This document shows, in pieces, positions 1 through 12,700 of a stretch of 64,000 nucleotides of DNA. Each line of letters opens with the position of its first letter. Position 1 is the stretch's first letter. The stretch is taken from positions 200,158-264,157 of the forward strand of contig NMRA01000417.1 in assembly GCA_002633005.1 (NCBI GenBank), written 5' to 3'. Made by a program: the position numbers and the translations under genes. This stretch comes from Phoronis australis. Its lineage: Eukaryota > Animalia > Phoronida. The notes beneath the pieces were generated by a model. The model ran no database searches. It saw only the letters and a program-made list of their open reading frames with translations, and had not been told where the DNA came from.

Positions 1-552
1 ATAAGTTAATAGGCCAACACTGGATATGGTATCCTTTTGAATTATGCATGCTATTTTGAAAAAATTTGCAGTTTGCTCAGGAATTTTTACCATCCTGAGT
101 ATGTGTACTGGCTACTTGGTACAGGTTTATCACAATGTAAGTGCATTATAAAGTCTGAAAAAGGCGAAGTGGGGTGAAGAATTAAAGCTTGCTACCATGT
201 CTTGGATGTTAGCTGGGTCTGAAGAAGAGGAGTTGGGGGCAGACTGAACCGGGTTACCAGGTCCGGGATATTAGTTGGATCAGAAGAGGAGGAGTTACGG
301 ATAGAACAGAAGCAGGCTGCCGGGACTGGAATGTACATTAATTTTGTTCCAAGCTGGAGGTCTTGATGGTATAGTGGGTGGAGACTAGGATGTAAGTTAG
401 GTCCTAATAAGTGTTGACTGAGCAGTGACAACTGTAGTGTAAACTGGGGAGAAGTAGGATAACATGAGTAAACACACGGTGACCGTTATGGTGTAGTGGT
501 TAGTTGTGAGTAAGGTGAATGGATGATAAAATGGTACAACTGGCTATTTCAG

Positions 553-702
553 CGCATTCGTCGAGAGTACCTGCATCATCCAAATGAAAGGCTGCAAGTT
601 CAATTAGCTGAAGCACAGAAGACTATTGAGGTGATCAAGAAACAGTTGGAACTATTAACAGGGCAGGAGGGGAAGCAAGAACCTGCGAATACTTCTACAC
701 AG
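553..702 (+). CDS. ARHGEF11/12: RhoGEF exon, coiled coil following PDZ (RIRREYLHHPNERLQVQLAEAQKTIEVIKKQL...)
   Basis: tttcag|CGC ... CAG|gtgagg, 150 nt, phase 0/0. Resembles the post-PDZ coiled coil of LARG. Confidence 0.85.
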
Positions 703-3700
703 GTGAGGAGTAGTGGTCACTGCCAGGGGTCAGGACAGTTGGTACTACTGGCAGTGAAAGGGGAATGTGGTCTGAGTTAGGGATCTGGCCTGTTGTTATT
801 GTTTGCAATGAAGGGGGCATGGTCACACACGTGGTGACACTGTTGTTATGGTTCGCAGTGACGGGGAGGGAATGGCTAGAGTCTATTTTTTGCGCCCACA
901 TATATATATGTCAGGGCTTGGAATTTTCCGCGGAAACGCAGATTTCCGCTTTTTTCAAATGTTCTTTCCGCGTATTTTATAATATTTCCGTCCGACGTCC
1001 GTCCGGCGTCCGCTGCTCTGTCTCCAAAACGCCTTGACGTATGTTCATAAAATTTTGCACATATGTTTTGTTCCGTGGATGGGATGGCGCGAACGAACTT
1101 TCAGATGGATCCGACTACCGGTGTGCCCCCTAGTGGCAATTTTATTTTCTTTACGTTTGCCTCTAGCTTCAAAAGTCCTAAACGGGTTTTCATAAAATTT
1201 GTTATACAGGCACCTATTAGTAAGATGATGCTATCCTCCCGTTTTCATATGGATTTGATGTAGTTTGTGCCACCTAGTGACCACTTTTACTGTTTTTTTG
1301 CGTCCACCCCTCTATCAACCAAAGTGGGATGTATGTTCTTACTATGAAGTGGACGGCAGATGATGATTTTCCAACGGTTTTGACTACTGTGGCGCCTCCT
1401 AGTGGCAGTTTTGTTTTTTTTGCGCTTATGGCTGTATCCCCTAAACTGGTCGGATGATCTTTACTAAATTTAGTAAATGTATTTATATGATGTTAACAAC
1501 AGAGGGCGACGACTTTCAGACGGATCTGAGTACTGGTGTGCCACCTAGTGGCAATTTTATTTTTTTTTACGTTTACCTCTGTATGTTCAAAGGTACTCTA
1601 CGTATTTTCATAAAATTTGGCATACAGGCATCTGTTAATGAGGTGACGATTTCACTTTGTTTTCAGATGTATTTGACCTAGTGGCCATTTTGACTGTTTT
1701 CAAGTCTGTTTTTTGGCGTCCAGTCATCTATCAACCAAACCGTTTTCAGGTTAATTGTGAAAATTTGCATGTATGTTTTTATTATGAAGCGGATGGCTGA
1801 TGATGATTTTCCAACGAGTTTGACTACTGTGGCGCTTCCTAGTGGCAGTTTTTTTTGTGGTCAGTCAATGCTCTTGACTGTTGTTTCTAGTGAGAGTAAA
1901 CGGGGAGTGGTCAGTCAGTTTTCTGGATTATTATCACTATTTACAATGAAGGGGGAGTGGTCATGTTCAGGTGTTGGGACAGTTGTTACAGTTGCCAGCT
2001 CATCTTGACATGTTGATGATGTCTCCTCCCTTGTGTTTCAGTTGTCCAGTCCAAGTACTGGCTCCAGTACAACGTCACAGTCACCTGACTATTCAAGCCA
2101 TGCTGATAATGCCTTCTTGTCGCCAACTGCCAATCACTCATCAAACTTCCAGATTGTCTACGCCCCTGTACCTTGGGTGAGTTCCTGGTCTTGTTTAAGT
2201 GTTGTGGTTTCAATATGAAGCAAGTTCCAACGCATCATGTTGTAGGTTGGGAGAGTTATACTAATGGCAGTAACACAAAGAATCTTTTGTATCTGTCTCT
2301 TTATTGATGAAGTATTTGCTTGACTAACCTTATAATTTTCTGTGGTGGTATACCTAGCCATTGACTTAATCATGTTATGAGCCGATATGTGAACATTTCG
2401 TCAACAAATGACTTTTTCAGTAGAATGCTGAATGACTACAGCAAAGCTAGATGTGATCATACACAAAGGAATAATCTTGAATGCTTGTTTGAGTGTTGTC
2501 TTGTTTCCACATATTTGGTTGGTATGAGAGGGAAGCCTTATCATCTTGTACACTTAGCCTAGTGTTGTACTGTTTCCTTGCAGGGAGGTAGTCGCGGCGG
2601 GTTCCATCAGAAGTCACCGTCCATGCCTGAGACATTCTACTCGACCGAAGAAGCCCGTGATGCGTCAGTCATGCGTTCCCATTCAGACGTGACGCGTAGT
2701 ACGTCCAATCAGCTGTTCACTTCAACTTATGAACCAACGAAGGAAGAGACCGTAGCTCAACAGAAAGTGACGGTAGGTGTCACTACTAGTTAGTGAGAGA
2801 ATGATGTTCATTAGGACTGTTCCAGCAAAATCTGTATGGGAGGGGGAGACGGCAGTTGAAGCAAAAATTAATGGGTGGTTGTCTTCTGAAGGAAATTTAA
2901 ATTATGAGTGGTCCTTATTGAAAGAAGTAAGTTGCCTGGTGGTGTTTTTTGTCCCATAATAGTAGTCAGGTGGGTATTTTCAGCCAAACACGGATCTCAA
3001 TACCCTCTCAGTAAACTTCAAAACTCACCAAAAATTCACTTAGCATATACCCGAAACTCTCCAAGAACAAGACAAGCCCATGTTACTAGTGTACGAGAAT
3101 GCCATATGTACACTATGCCATTACTCGAGTCATGGGCAACTTGATTACAGCCACATGTTGTACAGTTATATTAGAATGAAAATTACTGCAACACTAAACT
3201 GGCGTTAATGCATCTAAGAAAATTGTTGAATTTTTAAATAAAAAGTATGAGGAGTCAGGTAGATAAGTTCCAATATTCACTTGACATAGCAGCCTAAAAG
3301 CATTCGTGGAAACACTGAGATTCATAGATTTATGAAATTGAAAAAATCGTTTTGACAGTACAGAAACACCTGGTGGACAGTCACCTGGCGGCTGCCTAAA
3401 GTATTGCTCACAGGTGTCTTTGAACAACAAGTTTCTGGTAACTGACATGAGTTGTGATCTCACATGGAATTTTTCTGCACCCATAAAAACTTTTGTGGTC
3501 GCATATAGTCGGCATTCCATTTGTCGCTCTGTCAGTGGCGTTATCATTTCTTGTCCGTCAGTTACCTTAAGAACCACTTGGCTGGCAGATCATGATGAAA
3601 TTTGGTATAGAGTTACTTGGCACCAGTCGATTTTCGGACGGATTTGGCTACCTCGGTAACCCATGTTGGTTGTTTGTTTTTTGACAAGCTATTCCTTGTG

Positions 3701-6700
3701 CGTAAATTATCTCAAAACTGTTTGACAGATCATGATGAAATTCAATACAGAGGTTGGTATGCGAGAATGCGCCGGCACCAGTCAATTTTTGGACAGATTC
3801 AACTACTGTGGCACCCCATTAGTTTTTGACTACTCAAGTCATTCCTTGTCCGTCTATTATGTTGAAACCGCTTAACATAATGACAGAGATAGATGGTGGG
3901 GATGTGCCGGCACCTGCCGATTTTCGGTCACATTTGGCTACCGTAGCACCCCCTGTTGGCCTTTTATTTTTTGACAAGATAGGCTGATTTATCTCCAAAA
4001 CCGCTAGGCACAACTGGATGAAATTTGGCACACAGATGTATGGCCAGGATGGATGCGCTGACAGTAGTCAATGTTTGTTTTGATTTGACCACCCTCTTGG
4101 CTGCTTTAGAACATTCGACTAGACAGCTAGTTCTTGTACATGATCATTTATAAGTACTTAATAGATCATGATGTGTGACCTAGAGGCAATTTGTTTACTG
4201 GTGTTGCCCCCTCTTGTAGGAATTTTGAAGTAATGAGCACCTCTAGCTTCTGCCATTTACAATGCTCACGAAAAGCGTATACCAACATTCTTGTTCATTA
4301 ATCGCTATTCACTGGAAAGCATGTGTGAATTTTTATTCCCCGCCTGGGAGGGAGCTGATGTGTCTACTGGACCATTTTAGACTCCAGTGTTCTCAATGAC
4401 CTGTTTTGACTCGATGTGGTATTGTTTTTGGATTTTGTCACGTCGAGTTTGGGGAAAGCGCGTCAAGCTCAAAAATTGCCGCGTCATGTTTAAAACTTTG
4501 GCTGGCTTGGTACTTCAACCCTCAGCATCTAATCAGCCTGATTTTATCAACAATAAACATAGTTCACTTTACTGAAAGGCTGTTACCAGTAGCATATTCA
4601 CTGTAATAAGGCGCCCGGGGCGCTTAGTAAAATTTGTTTCGGAGGGAGGCGCTTCTTGAATATTGTAACCAAAGGCTGTTGAAACCCGGTCTCCAAAACG
4701 GGTGAAATCGGAAGCTACAATTCATCAAATTTACGCTACGTGATTTATCTGTAGCCTATGATAGACTTTCTACAAAACGGTGGCGCATTGCTATCAAATT
4801 TCCTTAAATTACGATCATTTTACAGAAAATTGTACTGAAATCCCTGGGCAAAAACTCGCCGATGCACCGCTGCCTCATCGCGATCGTCGATAGGACAGCT
4901 TGAACAAAAATATAGTTTCTACTCCACAAATTACCTGAAATCCTCACTTAAGTTTTCCGAATAATGTCTCTAAGTTTTTAAGTTCCAGTGGAGTCGATAT
5001 TAATTACAATATAGGTTCAAATCTGCGCAAGATTGTACCCAACACCATGAAAAAATCTCTGGAAGAACACACATGTCGCAATCACGAGACCTTTGTTTTG
5101 AAGAAGGTGTGCGTGTGGGAGTGAGCGAGCGCATGCATTTGCCGGAGTAAACGCAATGTAGGCCTAACGATTTAGGTGTGCATTGTAATTAAAGAAATAA
5201 CACAAGCAGTATCAGGAGAACGCGTTTTATTTAGCACTTGCTGATCACATCTACTCAGTGTTAAAACGTGTGAGAATTGTCTCGGTAGGGCCCAAGGCTG
5301 GATGACATTGGGTCGCCAGATGACTGGATATGTGACAGTCTAAGTTATTTTCCGGGAAATTCGGGGACGGAGGTGTACACTATCAGTGGTGCATTTTATC
5401 AGGTATAATACTTTAAAAACACCAATTATGAATACATTAAACAAACAAGTGATTAATAAAGCAATCCATCTTAAAAATAATGCAACAGGTTTTACGGCAT
5501 TAGAAATTTCTGAAATTAGTGCCCATATTTATTTCTTGCTGATATGCTAACCGTAGTTTTATGGATAGTTCTTGAAGAGTAATGTCTGTGATGACAAGTG
5601 ACAGGTATGTAGGCCTAGCGCGCGCTTCCTGGTCACGCACTTTTAACAACAATCTTTTTATTTGTGAGACAGTTGTCAGTAGAATGGGCACTTCGCGGTT
5701 TTCACGTGTAGGCCATACAAAGTGTCAAAAAGTAGGTCACACCTGACCAGTTCAGTGTACATTTTTGAAACATATAAATACCTCCAGTGGAGATGTTAAA
5801 GCTATGGACTAGAGAAAAGACAGCATTGTGACTACTGATGTTGAACTCTAGAAATATGCGTCGAGTTTGGAATTGGTATTGTGGAGAACACTGGGCTCAC
5901 GAAACACTTAAGACTGAAAATATCTGACTGAAAATATCTGAAGAGAATAAAACCTAACGTGTACATTGCCGTGTATAATTCAAGCTTAGTTTAAAAATAT
6001 TGTGGTTGGTTGCATTATATATTTCAACTTCATTAAAAATTATGGGTGGTTGGTTGGAGAAATAAAAGAGAAATATGGGCGGAGGGTAAAAAATGAAAGT
6101 GCCTTCCCCCATACATACAATACCGGTACAGCCCTTAGGTGTTTAGCTGACTTTATATTTTTATTCACCCACATACGTATAAATATTTGGTTGCATATTT
6201 TCCGTCATCTCCGTCTGGCATTTGTCCAGTGTCTGGCCGGCATCCGCGGCTGTATCTCCTGTACCCTTGCTGGACGGCAGTGACTTTCGGACAAATCTAA
6301 CTACCACTATTCCTCCCAGTGTCAATTTCATTTTTTCGTTTCTGTCTGTCTTTAAATTTCTTTGATAGATCTTCATGAAATTCATCAAATAGGTTTTTCT
6401 AAAATATGATGATGCCCTCCCCTTTTCGGATGGATTCAGAATATTTTATGTCACATTATTTACCAAACCTCTTAATGGATCATTGTAAACATTTGTATAT
6501 GTGTTTCTACTAAGAAAAGTACACCTGTGCCCCTTAGTGGCATTTTTATTATTTTTGTGTACGTTTTTTTTTTGTCCGCCTCCCTATTCACCAAACTGTT
6601 TGAGGAATCATGATAAAACGTGACAGGTGTGTTCCTATTGAGGAGAGCATAGCTGACTTGTTTTACACTCCTTTGAGGCTATTTTAAATTTTCTGATGTT

Positions 6701-9700
6701 GCTCCCTCCAGTAGATAATTTTGAGTTAGAATAATCCTTTGTATCTGTGCTGTATGTGATGCACTCCGTGGTTACATATTGATACTGCGTTGTTCTTGTA
6801 AGAATTAACATTGGGACTCATCGGGGAAGTCTCAAAAAGTGTTTGTTATTTTGTTGATTCATCTAGTTAGTTTCAGGTTCTTGGTGTTGCTTTATTGTTT
6901 CTCATACTACGGTACATCACAGTTGTTGTTATTGCGTTCTCGAACCACTCATCCCAGTCTTTTCAGTAGTGTAGTGTACTTCTCGCACTGCCACCTAGCA
7001 CCCTTTTACATGGGCCCTGTATCCATGTCTAACCCAGTATACAGAACCACACTACCCAGCTTACCTACATACATATCTTTAACCTATCTTCTGCTACAGG
7101 CTAGTACCACACGGCGCCACCTACTGTTGAGGAAGGTAATCATCTGTCTAGGAACTCCGCCCAAATTCTTTTACTTCTTAGTCAAATAGAGTGGTTTATA
7201 CGTTTTTATAGCTTTAAGGGAGTACATTTGAGAATTATTATTAAGCCAGAAATTGTTATTCCTGTGTTAAAATTTGATAACTTAATACCACTCTGTTTGA
7301 TGCTGTTATGGTCGCAAGGAGTCATCTCTTGGCCCTGTCACACCAAACTCATTCTCAAGACATGCAAGCCTGGTATCTTTATCAGGGGACTTTATTTTTA
7401 TTGATTTATTTATTGTAATATTTAAAATGAAGATGGCCTCTTCAGTGATATCACTGCTTTCCAAAAAAAAACATTATCAGCAACGGAAGAACTTGTAGAG
7501 TATGTAGCTTGACTGCTACTGAATTTGCAGCTGAGATTTGCTGGAGCCACTGACACATCTGTACATGCAACAGGCATAGAGACATTTATTTCTTTGTTTC
7601 ACTTTCATAAATCCAAGCTTGAAGTACAAGTTGTCGACCTGGGTGTCCCTAGTTCTTGTACCCAGGATAGCCCTGGCAAGCTCTATTTTGGATTACTTGG
7701 ACTTTACTATTAGTGTGTCATTAGTATGCCCCCAAACGGGTAAACAATAATCAATATGAGGCTGAAGAATGGTAAAAGGTCTTAAGAGTGCTGACATTAA
7801 GAAATTTATCAAAACCGTTTAAGTACACCGATTTTCCTTGAAAATTTTATTGTGAATGTGTTTTGTACGCATGTTAAATTTAAGATTGGGATCTAAAAGA
7901 AGGCCCAATAAACTTGTCAACACTCTCGATAGGGAAACTGTTCATAGAAAGGGACAAAGCACACCTCCAACACCACTCCATCCACATTTCTTACACAGCG
8001 CTTAGTTGGTTCCAACTCATTTTCTCTTGTGTTTTGAGATGATATGTGTTTGGTATGACATGGCCCTTTTGGTCCTAACCTATGTCCCCTACTTGGATCT
8101 CATTTATTGAACTTTATTTACTTTTGTCTTGAGAAGTCAGAGCATGATGAAATCTGAACTTTCACAAAATACCTTCCAATTTCCTTGTACGTCTTCCCTC
8201 TAGTCAGTAAAGGTTGAGGTTGTGTTAAAGGTCTCCTTGGGATGATAGTTTCATTTTTGGTGTTGGCTCTTAGTCATATTTTGGTTCATTATGGACATCC
8301 TTGTTACCGTTAAACAGTAAAACCTTACTAATTCACTTTTCCTTTGCTATTCTGTAATGTTTCTGTTTCACCAGTCATTACCAGGTGCACATCTTGCTGT
8401 TTCCTGATGCGTTTGTCTCTTTGTTCCATTGAGATTGTTGCCTTTGACAGCAATGTCATCGAGATGTTTAGTCAGAAAGGCGCCATTTGTTGGATGCAGT
8501 AATGTTGTACTTGGGTATTTTTTATTTAGCTGCAATATGCTGAAAACAAGCTGTGTCATTATATGGTGATATTGTTTTCGTTGAACGTACTTTCAATACA
8601 ACCTCTTATTCACAAAACAGTGGGTAATTAAATTTTGTTTTTCGCGTTGATATTGTTGTCAAATGAGACCTGTTGTGAGGTTAAATGCTCAAGTTACGCG
8701 CAAAAAAGCAATTGTGAATCGTGTGTGTGAATGAAATCATGTTGTTCATTCTCCATTGAGGCCAACAAAATTTGATGTGGAATGTAGCGGGTGTTGCTTT
8801 CGTTCTCTCAGTATTCTAGTTCTTGTATCTCGTGTTTTCAAATCAACAGTAGCTTAGTAGCATTAATTTTCCAGCTGAGTCAGGTTTACTAGATTGTTGG
8901 TAAATCCTTTGTTTGTACCTCTTTACAATTCAACTGGTTGGCAGTAGGTCAGATGATAGCATCATATGTCAAGCTGTATAATCCTGCGGGCATCACTATA
9001 ATCCTGTCCGTAACTGGAGCTATAGCTTATCTCAGTTTGTAACTCTCCTGGGTGAGTGCTGCTTGTGACGGAGACACAACATCAAACAAATGATGGTTAC
9101 ATTGATGACGTGAAGAGTGTTTGATGGAGGCACTCAATAAAGCCACTAGCTAGATGGTGATAGAAGAGTTCACAGAATATTCATAGAACAGAGTAAGTGT
9201 GCTCTCGGTATCAGCCTGGCTGTGTCTGTTGTCATGTTCATTGGTAAGTTTCAATTGCGCTTTGGTTTACTTTTATTGATGTTATTGAAGTGTGATTAGT
9301 GATAGATTGTTGTACATTGTGATCAGTTGATCACCGTGGGTAATCAAAGGGTAAGGCTCTAGGCAGACTTGTGTGAGTCTCTGCTAAATATGGGTAAACT
9401 TCCTGCCAGAATTATTTCGCTCTTAATTAAACTTTTATTGTAGCAAGGTAGCGTTTTGTTGAATTTCAGTCATTGCACCGAGTAGTTTATCTCAATTTTT
9501 TTAGTTGTGATTATACTGTAAGATTAATTGTCGTGTTACTGAGTGTGGGTGGAGCAACACCTGTCGGACGTGTGGCCGAGATTTAGCCAGAATTGAAAAT
9601 GGATATTTAAACCAGTTTTGTACGTCTTATTTCAATGTTGTCCTGTTTATTTTGAAAGTACTTTACAGACCATCAATAGCAACTGTATATGACATGTATT

Positions 9701-12700
9701 CCATAAGAACCAGAAGAAGAAGTCATACTGTAAAAGACATTTGGCTGTGACATCTTGTCTGTGAGGTATAGGCATTAATAAGTGTAGTGTTTTTATTACC
9801 TGTGTAGTGTTACCCAGTGTTGTGTAGGGCCTGTAAGGAGTATTTAATGGTGTTGCTGACTCATTCTTCTCAATAAAAATCACAGTAGATGTCTTGGGCT
9901 GGATGCCAGGATGTCTGGTGTTTGATACGGTATGTTATTGGGCCTGCAGGGGGAGACACTGACTTACTCCTGGCTGATGGGCAGCTCAGCACCAGTGTTG
10001 GTAGATACATAGGTGGTTTGTTTTAGCTATGGTTCATTTGTAGTTAATACATAATGCACGAAAGAACAATAATGCAAAGGTAAGGGGATACTCAAAAGGC
10101 ATCAAGGGTGCTTGCATGAAAGCCACATGATATTAAAACTACATGTAGACTGTTTACAACAAAACTAAAGCCTATGAACTAAGAATATAAGTGATAAACA
10201 AAATTCCGAATACATATAATTTTTCTAACTAGTATAGAATACCATTATACAATACATGAATTAAAACCAAAGAAATGTAAAGGATAGGATATCTTGTTAA
10301 AATTTGGAGGGTTCGGTCATACTTGAAACTAGAGAGTGGGTCTATTCGTAGCATTGAGCCGTTCTGAGCAATAGTATGAATGTGCATGTCTTTCATATGA
10401 ACTGCCAGTGAGTACTCAGTAAGCACTGTGCTTGTTTTAGAATTGGTGCACATCAAAAATGACATTTTGTTGCAGGTACACCATTGCTGGCTTAACACTG
10501 AATTCGGATGGTGTCAAGAGTGCATCAGTGTTATCCCAAAACACAGAGTTGAACGTAACGGTCTATTTTTTGCAAAAGTCAGCATGTTTTTTTTCTGCAA
10601 TATCTTATTAGTAGGTGGAAGTCATTGACATAGGGGATTGTCTCCTGTCAGTTTATTTTTAATAACCATTGCACTGTAACATCTGTGTCCAGCTATCAAC
10701 TATGTTTGCTGGGTGTGTCCCCTTGTGATTTCTATTGACCTCCGGAACAGATCAGCTATTGTGTCCAATTGACATAGTCTCTGGTCAATTCTGGATTCAA
10801 CTCTCCTGTGTTGCAAAGGTAGAAAAATGCATGGTATAATTGACCTAGTTTTTGAAATGTAGGGTTGCTAACTCAGGTCTGAGCTGAGTCGTGACAGTTA
10901 TCATGCCCACTCATGTTTTTGAATTTTTGTCGGCATTGCAACTATGTTGCAGGGTAATGTAAGTTTCTATAAAACCACCTTTCATCACAAAAAATCTCAT
11001 TGAGTCTCACGTGATCCACAACCTTTACCGATAACTTCACCGAAGTTTCGCTCTACACCGAAGTTTTAGTGAATACCTAAGCTTTGCTTTTAAATCATAC
11101 TATTTTCAGCTTGCTGATTAACTACTGGAGTTAACCTTTCCCACTTAACAAAACTTCACTAAAAGCTAAGTTTAGCCTCTAGTGGGAAAGCACTGTAAAT
11201 GAGTTCCCTTAAAAGGATACCAAACCTGTTTGAGGATTTTATCTGATCTTCATTCTGTCACCTGCTAATGCACCATTGAATGATAAAAGCAGATTTCAAA
11301 TAAAAACTACTTCCTTTGTCACAGATAGAACGTTATGGTTCTTGCTTGATGTGTGGTCATTTCTTGCAGTTGTCCTGTAACTAACCTAATGCGTAGGTCA
11401 CACTTGCTTGTTTAACATACTTAACAAGGAATTTTCAAATTTTGCTCGAAACAATTGAGTGTTGTCTAGGGTTTCAGAGCATTGTTTTGTTTCAAAGAAC
11501 TAGATGGAAACTTCGTTTTTGAGACCTGTTAATAGGCTAAAAACAGATTTGATACCTTATAAGTAAAATGGTTCCTTCTGGAATATGCACAACCTTCACT
11601 TGCATACCATAGTTAGTGCTAGTGTGATGCAGTTCATAACACAGCTCATCCTAGCTAAGTTTTCATATTGCATCATATTACATGAAGTGAGTACAACCTG
11701 CAGCTAGTTTGTGTCTGTGTCTTGTCCATCTTGTATAACACTATTATTATTGGTAATTACTTCTGCCTTATGCCCTTATCTATCCCATGGCTACATACCA
11801 GTAATTGTACAATGGTAAGCTGGTGCCTTACTGACCTTCATTGATAATTAGGTTGGAAGTCATCAATAAACTCTATCCTGTCCCTAGTGTAAACCTATAA
11901 AATTATAGAGACTAGCTCACCTTGTTGAACAGTTGTAAAGTGTATTCCAGAAATTTCCAGACATTGTTTTAAACATTCAAAAGGTTCACACCCTGATATT
12001 GGACACTGCTGTTCTAAATCGAGAATGAATAAAAAACATTTGGTTTCCAAGAAATCAAGTTAGTGACCTATCAGTAAGGTTTTTATCTTGTCAGCATGTT
12101 GTCTGTTTATGCACTTGAGTTTGCCTAACACAACAGTTGCACAAGCATTTACGTTCTGCAAGTTAATGTTAACTGCATGCCTGGACTATTTGTTCAAGTC
12201 TAGTTGCAGCCTGTTATTGTCAAGAGACCCCATTGTTTGGCTATAACCAACCTGATTTATAGGACATATTGTTCACCTGGTCATACCTCTCACAACCTGA
12301 TGACCCCTGACCTCGTCCCAGTGGCAGTGTGATCTCGTCACACACCTATAGTCAAGATGGAGGTCGTCTTATGAGGAAGTATCCCATCAGTCAGGATGAA
12401 AGCCGCTCTGCAACTACTTCATAGGAACAGCAGCTCTTCAAATGTGGCGGCTAAAGTTAGTAGAGGGTGGGAGAAGGGGCTGGGAGGGGAGGGAGGAAGG
12501 CAAGGGCCAGGGAGAGAGTTGAGTTGATGTCACAGCATATTAGCCATGATTACAGGGCACATTTCGACAGGCAGATTGATGTCTGTCATTAGTTAATGAC
12601 TTATGAACAGTGGTGTTCAGGTGTGTGAAAAACACCACTCAGTTGTAGTGAGTGTGACAGGAACCTGGAGAGCATCTAAGTGATGTCATTTTAAAATTAC

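Noticed and set aside
1040-1860. Regularly spaced CCMCCTAGTGGC motif as a CRISPR array or CTCF site cluster
   Set aside because: Eukaryotic context. The spacers are homologous to each other and belong to HINE tandem units. The resemblance to a CTCF motif cannot be supported from sequence alone.
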